From: a virus
Taxonomy: Duplodnaviria; Heunggongvirae; Uroviricota; Caudoviricetes
IMG/VR virus record: IMGVR_UViG_3300029610_000357
Span: 52,285-116,284 of that record
Direction: 5' to 3' (one strand)
Length of the DNA stretch: 64,000 nucleotides
The notes beneath the pieces are model-generated. The model saw only the letters and a program-made list of their open reading frames with translations, searched no databases and was not told the DNA's origin. Of the stretch, positions 18,325 to 26,418 are shown in pieces. Made by a program: the position numbers and the translations under genes. Position 1 is the first letter of the stretch; every line of letters begins with the position of its first letter.

Positions 18325-18349
18325 GGCGGGATTTATTCCCGTCTTTTTT
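18325..18349 (+). terminator. rho-independent terminator splitting the array
   Basis: GGCGGGA-tttat-TCCCGTC followed by TTTTTT. Confidence 0.75.
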
Positions 18350-18370
18350 CAAAACAGAAAGGAAATTAAG

Positions 18371-18766
18371 ATGAGCAAATTTAGATATTTAAATGAAGAA
18401 GAAACAAAAGTGTTATTACAGGTAACAGAATGGTTAGATAATCATTTCTTTAGTCCAGAAAATAAATTCGATGAAGAATATTTTGAGAAATACATGAGAG
18501 CAATCATTGACAACACAAGAGAAATGTACGAAGCGGTATACATTTGTGTGAACACAAAACCTGTAACTGTAATGATTTATGACTATGTGCTTGACATTAT
18601 TATTGCTGATGCACGAGTTGACAAAGAAGATAGAGAGATTGTAGAGATTGCCTTTACAACTTGGTTAATAAACATGACAGATAAACCATTTGAAAAGATT
18701 TTTGAATGGATGATTGAAGAAAGTTACAGGGGAAGAAAAGGAAGAGAGGATGAAGATAATGAATAG
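18371..18766 (+). CDS. hypothetical protein (no KNNYY tail)
   Basis: ORF track. Confidence 0.55.
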   Translation: MSKFRYLNEEETKVLLQVTEWLDNHFFSPENKFDEEYFEKYMRAIIDNTREMYEAVYICVNTKPVTVMIYDYVLDIIIADARVDKEDREIVEIAFTTWLINMTDKPFEKIFEWMIEESYRGRKGREDEDNE

Positions 18767-18902
18767 ATTTGAAACAGTAATGAAGTTAATTTGTTGGATT
18801 GCAGCAGTGACATTGGCATGGATGCACGTTTCAATTGTTGCAGTGATTGCACTTGCATTGGTTGGAACTTTTGGAAGCGAGGTTGATTTGAGTGCAAAGT
18901 AG
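18759..18902 (+). CDS. small membrane protein (47 aa)
   Basis: MNRFETVMKLICWIAAVTLAWMHVSIVAVIALALVGTF; two hydrophobic helices. Confidence 0.4.
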   Translation: MNRFETVMKLICWIAAVTLAWMHVSIVAVIALALVGTFGSEVDLSAK

Positions 18903-19212
18903 AGAAACGAGAAGAAAAGTACACTTTGGAGATTGTCATGTAGGCGATATTTTTAAGATAAGTTTGGATAGTCCTTGGTATGAGAAAGTAGGTCAATACC
19001 AATTTGAATTTAGTAGCGTTACTCTGTTCACCACACTAACAGTCAAAGTAGAAAAAATAAAACCAAGAGATGGAACCGTTTTAACACGCTTTTATATTGG
19101 TAATACACCAACAGAGTATAAATGGTGGTTTTTTAGAACTCCAGGGTCTGATATAGAAGCACTATCAGATAATCTTGAGTTTCTACCAAAGAGAAAGAAT
19201 AACTACTGGTAA
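18892..19212 (+). CDS. KNNYY-tail family member 6 (group B)
   Basis: GTG start. VHFGDCHVGDIFKISLDSPW; ends KRKNNYW*. Confidence 0.7.
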   Translation: MQSRETRRKVHFGDCHVGDIFKISLDSPWYEKVGQYQFEFSSVTLFTTLTVKVEKIKPRDGTVLTRFYIGNTPTEYKWWFFRTPGSDIEALSDNLEFLPKRKNNYW

Positions 19213-19226
19213 AGAGAGGTGTGAGG

Positions 19227-19544
19227 ATGGAAGAGAAAAGAGAAGTATGCTTCGATGATTGCGAAGTTGGCATGTTTTTTAGGATTGATAAAGACTGTCC
19301 ATGGATGTATGACAATGAGTGGATGGATGGTTTTGATACATTGACAAACGCAGATGAGTTAAAAGTTAAAATTATCGATAAAGATGCTGATGATAGCAGT
19401 GTTGAGATAGAATTTTGGGCAGATGGTCAAAAGACAGATATAACAGATTGGCTCTATCAGTTTGAAGACGATCCAGAAGACAGAATTGGAAATAACCTTG
19501 AGTTTATATTAAAGAGGAAAAATAGAAAAAATAACTATTGGTGA
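19227..19544 (+). CDS. KNNYY-tail family member 7 (group B)
   Basis: MEEKREVCFDDCEVGMFFRIDKDCPW; ends NRKNNYW*. Confidence 0.8.
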   Translation: MEEKREVCFDDCEVGMFFRIDKDCPWMYDNEWMDGFDTLTNADELKVKIIDKDADDSSVEIEFWADGQKTDITDWLYQFEDDPEDRIGNNLEFILKRKNRKNNYW

Positions 19545-19554
19545 GGTGGTGTAA

Positions 19555-19815
19555 ATGGATAATGAATTAAAAATTGGAATGAAGTTCTTAGAAGTAAAAA
19601 CCGGAATTGTCTGGAAGCTTACAGATATGAATTTTATACAAGAAGGGTTTTATATAATAGACAAATCATTGTGTTTTCAAGCTGTACGTATAAATACAGA
19701 CGAGGATGATGTATGGAGAAGTACATCGTCAATGATACCTAAGACAATGCTCGAAAGAAGATTGAAAAAAGGCGAATGGAAACAAATAAACAATAGAAAA
19801 AACAATTACTATTGA
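19555..19815 (+). CDS. KNNYY-tail family member 8 (group C)
   Basis: Ends NRKNNYY*. Confidence 0.8.
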   Translation: MDNELKIGMKFLEVKTGIVWKLTDMNFIQEGFYIIDKSLCFQAVRINTDEDDVWRSTSSMIPKTMLERRLKKGEWKQINNRKNNYY

Positions 19816-19837
19816 TTAATAGTAGAAAGGACATATT

Positions 19838-20977
19838 ATGGAGGATTTAAGATTAGTAACAACAGAAGAATTTAATGGAGTTGATTGCAACTTTTACAAG
19901 GCAGATAGTAACATGTGGATGACCAGAGGGCAGATTGGTAAAGCTTTAGGATATCACAACCCAAGGATTGCAATCGGGAAAATACATACTGCACATAGAG
20001 ATAGACTTGATCCACTTTCAGTTGATACCAATTTAGGGTCTACTGATGGAAAAGAATATTCTACTTATATATATAATGAAAGAGGCATCTTTGAAATCTG
20101 TAGATGGTCGAGACAGCCAAAAGCAAATGAATTTATGGATTGGGTATGGGACATTATAGAAGCTTACAGACATGGAGAATTCCAGAGAAAGCCTAGGGAA
20201 ACAGCCATTACACCTGTTGAGAAATTCTTAGATGGAATGCAGAATATGTTCTTAGAAATGAGAGAAGAGAACAAAATATTCAAAGATACTGTGTTGAAGA
20301 TTTTAGAATCTCAGCAAGGACAGGAAGTACAAAAACCTGTTGAAAAACTTGAAGCTCAAGAGAAAACTGTTAATCAAGTAAAAACAAAAGCAGCTGTTAA
20401 GCCAGTTGTTAAGATTGAAAACCCTAGATTAGACACTTGGAAGTTCGAAATTGGTACTAAAGCAGCTTATATTGTTTTTAATGGAAATGAATATAAAACA
20501 AAAGGAAAAGTATTCTCAGCATGTTATTCAAAAATGAAGAATGTGTATGGAATTTGTTGGTCACAGGAAAATAAAGAATACAGAAGAGCTTTCGGATTAG
20601 AATCTCAGAGAGGTAGATTAAGTACTTTAGATGTTGTATTCAATGATGAAAATTTGAAAGACCTGTTTGACAGTATTCTTGATGGAATATATGAAAACAC
20701 AAAAAGAAAAGCTATAAAGAAAAATACGGGAACCAATCCAGAAAAAGATTGGCAATATTATAAAGAAAAGATTCAAAAACTTTGTGAGCAAACAGGCAAC
20801 AAAAGTTTAGGCGGAAGCTCTATTTACTCAGGAATCATTAGAAAGATGGATGTAGACTGGAGCAAGTATGAAACAAACAAAAAGAAAACTGAATTAGTTA
20901 GAAAGTATCCAGAGTTATTTGCAGAGTTCTCTAAGACAGCGGATAAATATTTAGAGGAGAAGTTAAATGAGTATTAA
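19838..20977 (+). CDS. Bro-N-like DNA-binding domain protein interrupting the array
   Basis: N-terminus FNGVDCNFYKADSNMWMTRGQIGKALGYHNPRIAIGKIH resembles the Bro-N/antirepressor pattern. Confidence 0.5.
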   Translation: MEDLRLVTTEEFNGVDCNFYKADSNMWMTRGQIGKALGYHNPRIAIGKIHTAHRDRLDPLSVDTNLGSTDGKEYSTYIYNERGIFEICRWSRQPKANEFMDWVWDIIEAYRHGEFQRKPRETAITPVEKFLDGMQNMFLEMREENKIFKDTVLKILESQQGQEVQKPVEKLEAQEKTVNQVKTKAAVKPVVKIENPRLDTWKFEIGTKAAYIVFNGNEYKTKGKVFSACYSKMKNVYGICWSQENKEYRRAFGLESQRGRLSTLDVVFNDENLKDLFDSILDGIYENTKRKAIKKNTGTNPEKDWQYYKEKIQKLCEQTGNKSLGGSSIYSGIIRKMDVDWSKYETNKKKTELVRKYPELFAEFSKTADKYLEEKLNEY

Positions 20978-21086
20978 AATTTTAGGGCTTCGTCAAGATT
21001 GCTACAAAGTAATCATTGATGGAGTCCTTTTTAAATTCCCAACAGAACAAGAGTTTTTGGAATTCTTAGAGGAGATTGAGATATGA
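20967..21086 (+). CDS. small ORF (39 aa), coupled at both ends
   Basis: Own translation MSIKILGLRQDCYKVIIDGVLFKFPTEQEFLEFLEEIEI*. ATGA overlap with the next gene. Confidence 0.35.
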   Translation: MSIKILGLRQDCYKVIIDGVLFKFPTEQEFLEFLEEIEI

Positions 21087-21361
21087 GTTTTAGATTTGAA
21101 GTAGGTCAAGAGTTGGAATTACACAATAACTTGACGGATATGAAAGTTTACATGAGATCGGGAACGGTTGTTCGTATCTTAAGTAGAAAAACAAGAATGG
21201 ATCATACACAAGAGGTTGAGAGAAATCGTTACAAGATTGCATATGAATTTCATACAAATTTTTTGAAAATTGGAGATGGTTGTTGCCACTCTGGAAAAGA
21301 CTTTGTCTGGGAAGAAGATTTAATTAGAGCTGTCGGTCAACGGAAAAATAATTATTATTGA
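21083..21361 (+). CDS. KNNYY-tail family member 9 (group E singleton)
   Basis: Ends QRKNNYY*. Confidence 0.8.
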   Translation: MSFRFEVGQELELHNNLTDMKVYMRSGTVVRILSRKTRMDHTQEVERNRYKIAYEFHTNFLKIGDGCCHSGKDFVWEEDLIRAVGQRKNNYY

Positions 21362-21373
21362 GAGGTGATTAAA

Positions 21374-21643
21374 ATGTGGAAAGTTGGAGATAGAGTCGTA
21401 ATTATTCAAGATACTAGGAGACCTTTAAAATCCTTTGTAGGCTTTAAAGGAACTGTTAACTTTGTAGAAGAGGATGGGATAGGTGTAGCTTTTGACAAAT
21501 ATGTAAACGGTCATATGTTAGGAGGGAGTTGCCAAGACGGTCATGGATGGTATTTGTCCACAGACGGAGAGAACGAAAACGAAGCCGAAGCAAATGGAGT
21601 AAGAGTCAAGAAAATTAACAACAGAAAAAATAATTATTGGTAG
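21374..21643 (+). CDS. KNNYY-tail family member 10 (group A)
   Basis: MWKVGDRVVII...VAFDKYVNGH; ends NRKNNYW*. Confidence 0.8.
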   Translation: MWKVGDRVVIIQDTRRPLKSFVGFKGTVNFVEEDGIGVAFDKYVNGHMLGGSCQDGHGWYLSTDGENENEAEANGVRVKKINNRKNNYW

Positions 21644-21652
21644 GTGATAGGA

Positions 21653-21925
21653 ATGTGGGAAAAAGGTACAAGGGTTAGAATTATAAAATCAAATAGATCT
21701 ACAACACCAGTTGGTATCATAGGTACTGTGGTTTACATACGTAAGGATAAAAACGATCGTTTTATAGTAGAGTTTGACGAACCCATGGATGGGAATACCT
21801 TAACTGTTCTTTGTGATTGCAAACCGAACTGCTGGTGGTGGTTTGATAATGTTCCGGGGAGAGTTGTTGAAACAGATGGTATAACAATTGAAAAAATAGG
21901 AAAAAGAAAAAACAATTATTACTAA
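21653..21925 (+). CDS. KNNYY-tail family member 11 (group A)
   Basis: MWEKGTRVRII...VEFDEPMDG; ends KRKNNYY*. Confidence 0.8.
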   Translation: MWEKGTRVRIIKSNRSTTPVGIIGTVVYIRKDKNDRFIVEFDEPMDGNTLTVLCDCKPNCWWWFDNVPGRVVETDGITIEKIGKRKNNYY

Positions 21926-21937
21926 GGTGGTGAGAAT

Positions 21938-22249
21938 ATGTGGGAGATTGGAGATAGAGTGGCTGTTACAGACTTGGGCAAAGCCTCACAAGAGGATTTT
22001 GGAGTTGAAATAAAGGTTGGATACAAAGGAACTATTATCAACTTTTTAAAGGTTGCTGCCCCATGAAGTCCTGATGAGATAATTAAATTCTTAGTAGAGT
22101 TTGACGAATCCATGGGTGGACATAGTGGAAATGGAGCTTATGAAGGAAAGCGGGGACATTGTTGGTGGTTTGATTATTGTTTAGAAAAGGTTACTATCAC
22201 AGATGGCATAAGCATTGAGCAAGTCAAAAGGAAAAATAATTTTTACTAA
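21938..22249 (+). pseudogene. KNNYY-tail family member 12 (group A) with one in-frame TGA at 22064-22066
   Basis: Own translation MWEIGDRVAVTDLGK...KVAAP*SPDEIIKFLVEFDESMGGHSGNG...VKRKNNFY*. Family features are intact on both sides of the stop. Confidence 0.55.
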
Positions 22250-22261
22250 GGGGTGATTAAA

Positions 22262-22495
22262 ATGTGGGAAGTAGGTGACAGAGTAGTAGTTACTCGTGGA
22301 ATTAAAGCTAGTAGCGTATTTGAGACTAAAGCGAAAGGGACAGTCATTGCTATAGATGCGGAATTTACAATACCCGTATTGGTTGAAATAGATGGAACAG
22401 GAACAAGTATGTGGTTCTATGAAAATGGTGATGATTTAATCTGGGGCGGCATTACTTGCACACGAGCAAAAAAGAGAAAAAACAATTATTATTGA
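22262..22495 (+). CDS. KNNYY-tail family member 13 (group A)
   Basis: MWEVGDRVVVTRG; ends KRKNNYY*. Confidence 0.8.
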   Translation: MWEVGDRVVVTRGIKASSVFETKAKGTVIAIDAEFTIPVLVEIDGTGTSMWFYENGDDLIWGGITCTRAKKRKNNYY

Positions 22496-22511
22496 GAAAG
22501 GATGATGACAG

Positions 22512-22799
22512 GTGTTTAAGGTTGGAGATAGGATCGTATTAACAGAAGAAAGCCGCCAACATTGCAATATATTTGATGAACATCCGGGAGATATCGCAAC
22601 GGTTATTAGAGTTTCGCAAGTAACGAATGAACATGGTTATGAATGTGTTTTAGAATTTGATAAACATATTGGTGGACATGATGGATTAATCGATGCTAGA
22701 GGCAAGAACGGTCATTGTGTTATCTATTATTTTTGTTCAACACAGTGGGATAAGTATTTTAGGAAAATCCAAACCAAACGTAAGAATAACTATTATTGA
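22512..22799 (+). CDS. KNNYY-tail family member 14 (group A)
   Basis: GTG start. FKVGDRIVL...LEFDKHIGGHDG; ends KRKNNYY*. Confidence 0.75.
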   Translation: MFKVGDRIVLTEESRQHCNIFDEHPGDIATVIRVSQVTNEHGYECVLEFDKHIGGHDGLIDARGKNGHCVIYYFCSTQWDKYFRKIQTKRKNNYY

Positions 22800-22814
22800 G
22801 AAAGAGGTGATCGT

Positions 22815-23132
22815 ATGCCAGAGGATGTAAAGTACCGTCCAGTTCCTAAAGGATATAAAGGTGTTTTTAGACTAAGAAAAGATATAATATCCTTAAACAA
22901 TGAATTTTATGGGGCATGGGGCATTATAGACGACAAATTTTTAATCGATGAAGATTATTATAATGAAGAAAATGAATTTAAGGGAGATCCTAGTCATGTA
23001 ATTCGAGCAAGTTTTTACCCTAGCCTTTTAGATCTGCAAAGAGGTGAAAATCTTATTAGAGAAGTAGGAAGAGTGTCTGGGACAGAAAAGTGTTGTTATA
23101 TTCCTTTTAAAAGAAAAAATAATTACTATTAA
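22815..23132 (+). CDS. KNNYY-tail family member 15 (group D)
   Basis: KYRPVPKGYKGVFRLRKD; ends KRKNNYY*. Confidence 0.8.
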   Translation: MPEDVKYRPVPKGYKGVFRLRKDIISLNNEFYGAWGIIDDKFLIDEDYYNEENEFKGDPSHVIRASFYPSLLDLQRGENLIREVGRVSGTEKCCYIPFKRKNNYY

Positions 23133-23147
23133 GAAAGAGGTGATCAA

Positions 23148-23462
23148 ATGGAGAATGATGGTAAATATCCTCCAGTACCTAAAGGATACAAGGGTATTTT
23201 TAGAGTTAGACCTGATATGATAGAGTCAAATAATGTGTTCTATGGAGCATATGGTATTACAGGAAAAGGTATTATAGAAGACAGTGATTATTTAGAAGAC
23301 CAAGGAGAATTTACAGGAAATCCACATCATATAATTAAAGCCATTTTTTATCAAACCTATGAAGACTTAAAGAGCAGAGAATGTATGATACAGGGAAGGC
23401 CTGTTAAAATAAGAGAATGCTTGCTTTATCCAGTATCCAACAAGAAGAACAATTACTGGTAG
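23148..23462 (+). CDS. KNNYY-tail family member 16 (group D)
   Basis: KYPPVPKGYKGIFRVRPD; ends NKKNNYW*. Confidence 0.8.
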   Translation: MENDGKYPPVPKGYKGIFRVRPDMIESNNVFYGAYGITGKGIIEDSDYLEDQGEFTGNPHHIIKAIFYQTYEDLKSRECMIQGRPVKIRECLLYPVSNKKNNYW

Positions 23463-23472
23463 GTGGTTTAAG

Positions 23473-23742
23473 ATGATAGAAGCAAAAGATATTAAAGAGG
23501 GTATGAAAATTAAGTATGAAGGCTGGGAATGGACTATAACAAAAGTGTTTGCAAAATATAATAATGTCTTGGATCTTCGGAATGGTTATACTAAAAAAAT
23601 CATTGATCAAGATAGTTCATTGATTTGGATTGAAGCATCGAAGAGACGCTTTGTGCCTGAATCAATGACTATGGAATGGTTCTTTAAAGAACTGAAATAT
23701 GGAACAATAAAGATTTTAAATCGTAAAAATAATTATTATTGA
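23473..23742 (+). CDS. KNNYY-tail family member 17 (group C)
   Basis: IKEGMKIKYEGWEWTITKV; ends NRKNNYY*. Confidence 0.8.
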   Translation: MIEAKDIKEGMKIKYEGWEWTITKVFAKYNNVLDLRNGYTKKIIDQDSSLIWIEASKRRFVPESMTMEWFFKELKYGTIKILNRKNNYY

Positions 23743-23748
23743 GGTGAT

Positions 23749-24039
23749 ATGATGTATTTAGAAGACATTAAAGTTGGTCAGAGAGTGAATTATCGAGGTC
23801 ATTCCTATACAATAACTAAAAATGTTGTAAAGCGATGGAAAACAATAAGCCCCCATTCCTTATATTCATACATTAAGATAAGTACAAATTATTATAGATC
23901 ACGAATGTATTTCCAAAGAGTGGAAGACAAAAGTGAATCAGTTGACGGATTTTGGTTATTATATGACGAGATTGAAGAAAAAATGGATCGAGGGCTTATT
24001 AAATTTTTGAACATGTCAAAGAAAAATAATTATTATTAA
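23749..24039 (+). CDS. KNNYY-tail family member 18 (group C)
   Basis: IKVGQRVNYRGHSYTITKN; ends SKKNNYY*. Confidence 0.8.
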   Translation: MMYLEDIKVGQRVNYRGHSYTITKNVVKRWKTISPHSLYSYIKISTNYYRSRMYFQRVEDKSESVDGFWLLYDEIEEKMDRGLIKFLNMSKKNNYY

Positions 24040-24054
24040 AGAGGGTGTTACAAA

Positions 24055-25347
24055 GTGAACGAGATCAATAAAAGGAAATTAGAACTGTTCATGGATGATC
24101 AGCTATGGAGACAAAATATCACACATCAGCAAAGCAAAGGTGTACATAGAGATGTATTAAGAATTGTATGTGATCCAGAATACAAAGCACGGCTTTTAGG
24201 AATGATCTGGGATGGTAATTACAAAATTGCACCTCCGTATGTAGTAGAAATTCCTAAAGACAATGGAAAAGTAAGAGAAGTGTATGTTAATCAGCCAATT
24301 GACAGATTTGTTATGACACAAATCAATTATGTTTATATGCAATTATATGGTCATATGATTCATCCAAGATGTGTGTCTTATCAGAAAGGAATTGGAGTTA
24401 AAAATATCGTAGATGATATTTGTATGGAGCTTAAGAAACATCAAGGAGCTGTTGGGTATAAGGTAGACATTAGTAAGTATTTTGACAGTGTAAGCCGTGA
24501 GGTACTTAATGAAATGATTGATAAAATTGATACAGGAAGTCCTATTGATCAGATTGTAAGAGATTATTATATGGATGATTGTATCATTGATCAGAAAAGA
24601 AATGTTATTGAGAAATACAAAAGTATGACTCAAGGTTGTGCAGTGTCTACATTCTTTGCCAATTGTGTTTTAAGAGATGTAGACGAAGAGTTAAGCAAGA
24701 TGGATATTATTTATTACAGATATTCAGATGATATCTTGATGGTTGGTAAGGATGCAGATAAGGCTTTGAAGATGTTAGGAGAGATGTTAGAAACAAAAGG
24801 ACTTACATTAAATCCCAAAAAGGTAGAAACAGTCAGTACAGATCAATGGTTTACATTCTTAGGAGTGCGAATTAATGGACAGAAGAGAAGTTTTTCTGAA
24901 AAGAGCTTAAAGGAATTTCAGAAACACATTAGAGAATATGTAAATAAGAAAGCAGGAATTGGTAGCGTAAAAGTTGCAATCAGACAAATTAATAAATATC
25001 TGTATTTGAATTTCTTAAGGAATCCGAATGAGTTTGGTTGGGCTGAGTATTTCTTTAGTATTGTGAATGTCGAAGATGATATTAAGACATTAGATATGTG
25101 GATTAAAGATACACTCAGAGGTTTGTATACTGGTAAGAGAAAGGTTGGTGGTCTTGGTGTAAATAAAGTAACTGATGAATGTGGAGTATTAAGAGGGAAA
25201 GGAAAAAACGTAAGTGCAAATCTTGGTAAAACAAGAAGCGATAAAGACATTTTAGAAGAAGCAGGATATATCAGCATGAATGAAATGTATCATCAGTTTA
25301 GATACAGTAAAGAATTGTACAGGGCTTCATTGACGGCTTTATCTTAA
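24055..25347 (+). CDS. reverse transcriptase (stand-alone, class unassigned)
   Basis: RT motifs IPKDNGKVREVY, YKVDISKYFDSV, QGCAVSTFFANCVL, YYRYSDDILMVG (YxDD), LTLNPKKVE, FTFLGVRI, plus a ~140-aa C-terminal extension. GTG start 15 nt after the last KNNYY gene. Confidence 0.9.
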   Translation: MNEINKRKLELFMDDQLWRQNITHQQSKGVHRDVLRIVCDPEYKARLLGMIWDGNYKIAPPYVVEIPKDNGKVREVYVNQPIDRFVMTQINYVYMQLYGHMIHPRCVSYQKGIGVKNIVDDICMELKKHQGAVGYKVDISKYFDSVSREVLNEMIDKIDTGSPIDQIVRDYYMDDCIIDQKRNVIEKYKSMTQGCAVSTFFANCVLRDVDEELSKMDIIYYRYSDDILMVGKDADKALKMLGEMLETKGLTLNPKKVETVSTDQWFTFLGVRINGQKRSFSEKSLKEFQKHIREYVNKKAGIGSVKVAIRQINKYLYLNFLRNPNEFGWAEYFFSIVNVEDDIKTLDMWIKDTLRGLYTGKRKVGGLGVNKVTDECGVLRGKGKNVSANLGKTRSDKDILEEAGYISMNEMYHQFRYSKELYRASLTALS

Positions 25348-25403
25348 GTCAAACCTAACACGAGGTACTTATGTGAGATGTTATAAGTCAAATTAGATCA
25401 CTA

Positions 25404-25480
25404 GGAAGCTCTGGTGATTCCATGCATGGTTGATAACCAGCATTCCATCACCACTTCTTCCCAGATCTTATCATCATAAA
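25404..25480 (+). other. hairpin-box module A1: ~58-nt imperfect hairpin followed by ATCATAAA
   Basis: GGAAG-ctc-TGGTGA..ATGC-a-TGGTT-gat-AACCA-GCAT..TCACCA-ctt-CTTCC, then ATCATAAA at 25473-25480. Confidence 0.5.
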
Positions 25481-25563
25481 GGGAATTTAGAAACGTGTTA
25501 TTAACATGAACATAAGAAAGTTACTATGGACGTTGTATGTGAGACAATGGAATTACATATAAG

Positions 25564-25640
25564 GCGCGTTGAAGCTGCAGGATGACTGGCAATACATTGA
25601 CCAAGTCATCCCTGCAGCTCAACCGCTTTATAATCATAAA
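25564..25640 (+). other. hairpin-box module A2
   Basis: GCGCGTTGAAGCTGCAGGATGACTGG-loop-CCAAGTCATCCCTGCAGCTCAACCGC, then ATCATAAA at 25633-25640. Confidence 0.55.
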
Positions 25641-25721
25641 AGAATAAAGGAACATAGCATTATTGTGAGCATACAAACAAGCTAACATGGGCTAAACATA
25701 CGAGACGTTGAATCATACATA

Positions 25722-25815
25722 ATAAGGGCACAGCTGCCTTATGCAGCGGGAAATTAGTCTCCTCGACAATAATTTCACCGCTGCCACAGGCGTGCGTGCC
25801 CTTATTAATCATAAA
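25722..25815 (+). other. hairpin-box module A3
   Basis: ATAAGGGCAC...GCAGCGGGAAATT-loop-AATTTCACCGCTGC...GTGCCCTTAT, then ATCATAAACCAATAGAGAAA at 25808. Confidence 0.55.
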
Positions 25816-25864
25816 CCAATAGAGAAAACATGTCGCCAATGTAGAGTATGTAGAAAGGAAAATC

Positions 25865-26401
25865 ATGAAAAGTTTATTTAAAGTATTGTATGAGCTGTCA
25901 CAAGGAAATACCTTAATGATTAATAGTTGCATGTCTTTTAGAATGACAACTGATCTATACAAAAGACAAGTGAGATTTAAGAAGTATAAGGTTGTTGATC
26001 AAGGAAGCGTAGTAAGTGATGTGACATTGTGTAGTGGAGAAGTTATTGAGTATGATGACTTAATAAAGGAAGGAGATTTAGATTTTATATTGCCAACTGA
26101 ATTAAATGAAAAAGAAAATCCATATGAGGTTATTGAATACCTGTATGGATTATTTTATTGCTCAGTTCCTGATAGATCTGCTGTTCAAAAGAAACAAAAT
26201 TTTATAGCAAAAGGATTAAATGATTTTGGGGCAAATGATTTTACAGGAATGAGAAGAAGTGAAATTCAGCCATTGTTAGAGCTCTATGTGTTACTCGCTG
26301 GAATGAAAGGATGGATCACTTGGAAAGATGATAAGTTGTTCTTTTGGAAAGGTGGACATAAGAGTTTGTATATATATAGAAAATGGATTTTAGGTTATTA
26401 G
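25865..26401 (+). CDS. hypothetical protein
   Basis: ORF track; AGGAAA RBS. Confidence 0.5.
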   Translation: MKSLFKVLYELSQGNTLMINSCMSFRMTTDLYKRQVRFKKYKVVDQGSVVSDVTLCSGEVIEYDDLIKEGDLDFILPTELNEKENPYEVIEYLYGLFYCSVPDRSAVQKKQNFIAKGLNDFGANDFTGMRRSEIQPLLELYVLLAGMKGWITWKDDKLFFWKGGHKSLYIYRKWILGY

Positions 26402-26418
26402 GAAAGGAAGAATGTAAA

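Noticed and set aside
16688-24039. The conserved 3' ends of the array genes as DNA-level recombination or cassette sites (integron attC-like), or as RT priming sites
   Set aside because: Third codon positions, Arg codon families and stop codons vary freely while the amino acids stay fixed. Conservation is therefore at the peptide level.
16688-25864. Diversity-generating retroelement (RT with TR/VR)
   Set aside because: I could not find any template/variable repeat pair by eye. The Asn/Tyr-rich tails are invariant rather than hypervariable. An exhaustive self-alignment was not possible.
24055-25864. Group II intron or retron as the context of the RT
   Set aside because: The upstream sequence is protein-coding right up to the RT start. 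I saw no domain V-like 34-nt hairpin with an AGC triad, and no msr/msd inverted repeats upstream of the RT.
25660-25962. Minus-strand 100-aa ORF over hairpin module A3
   Set aside because: It spans the hairpin and the start of the plus-strand gene and has no RBS.
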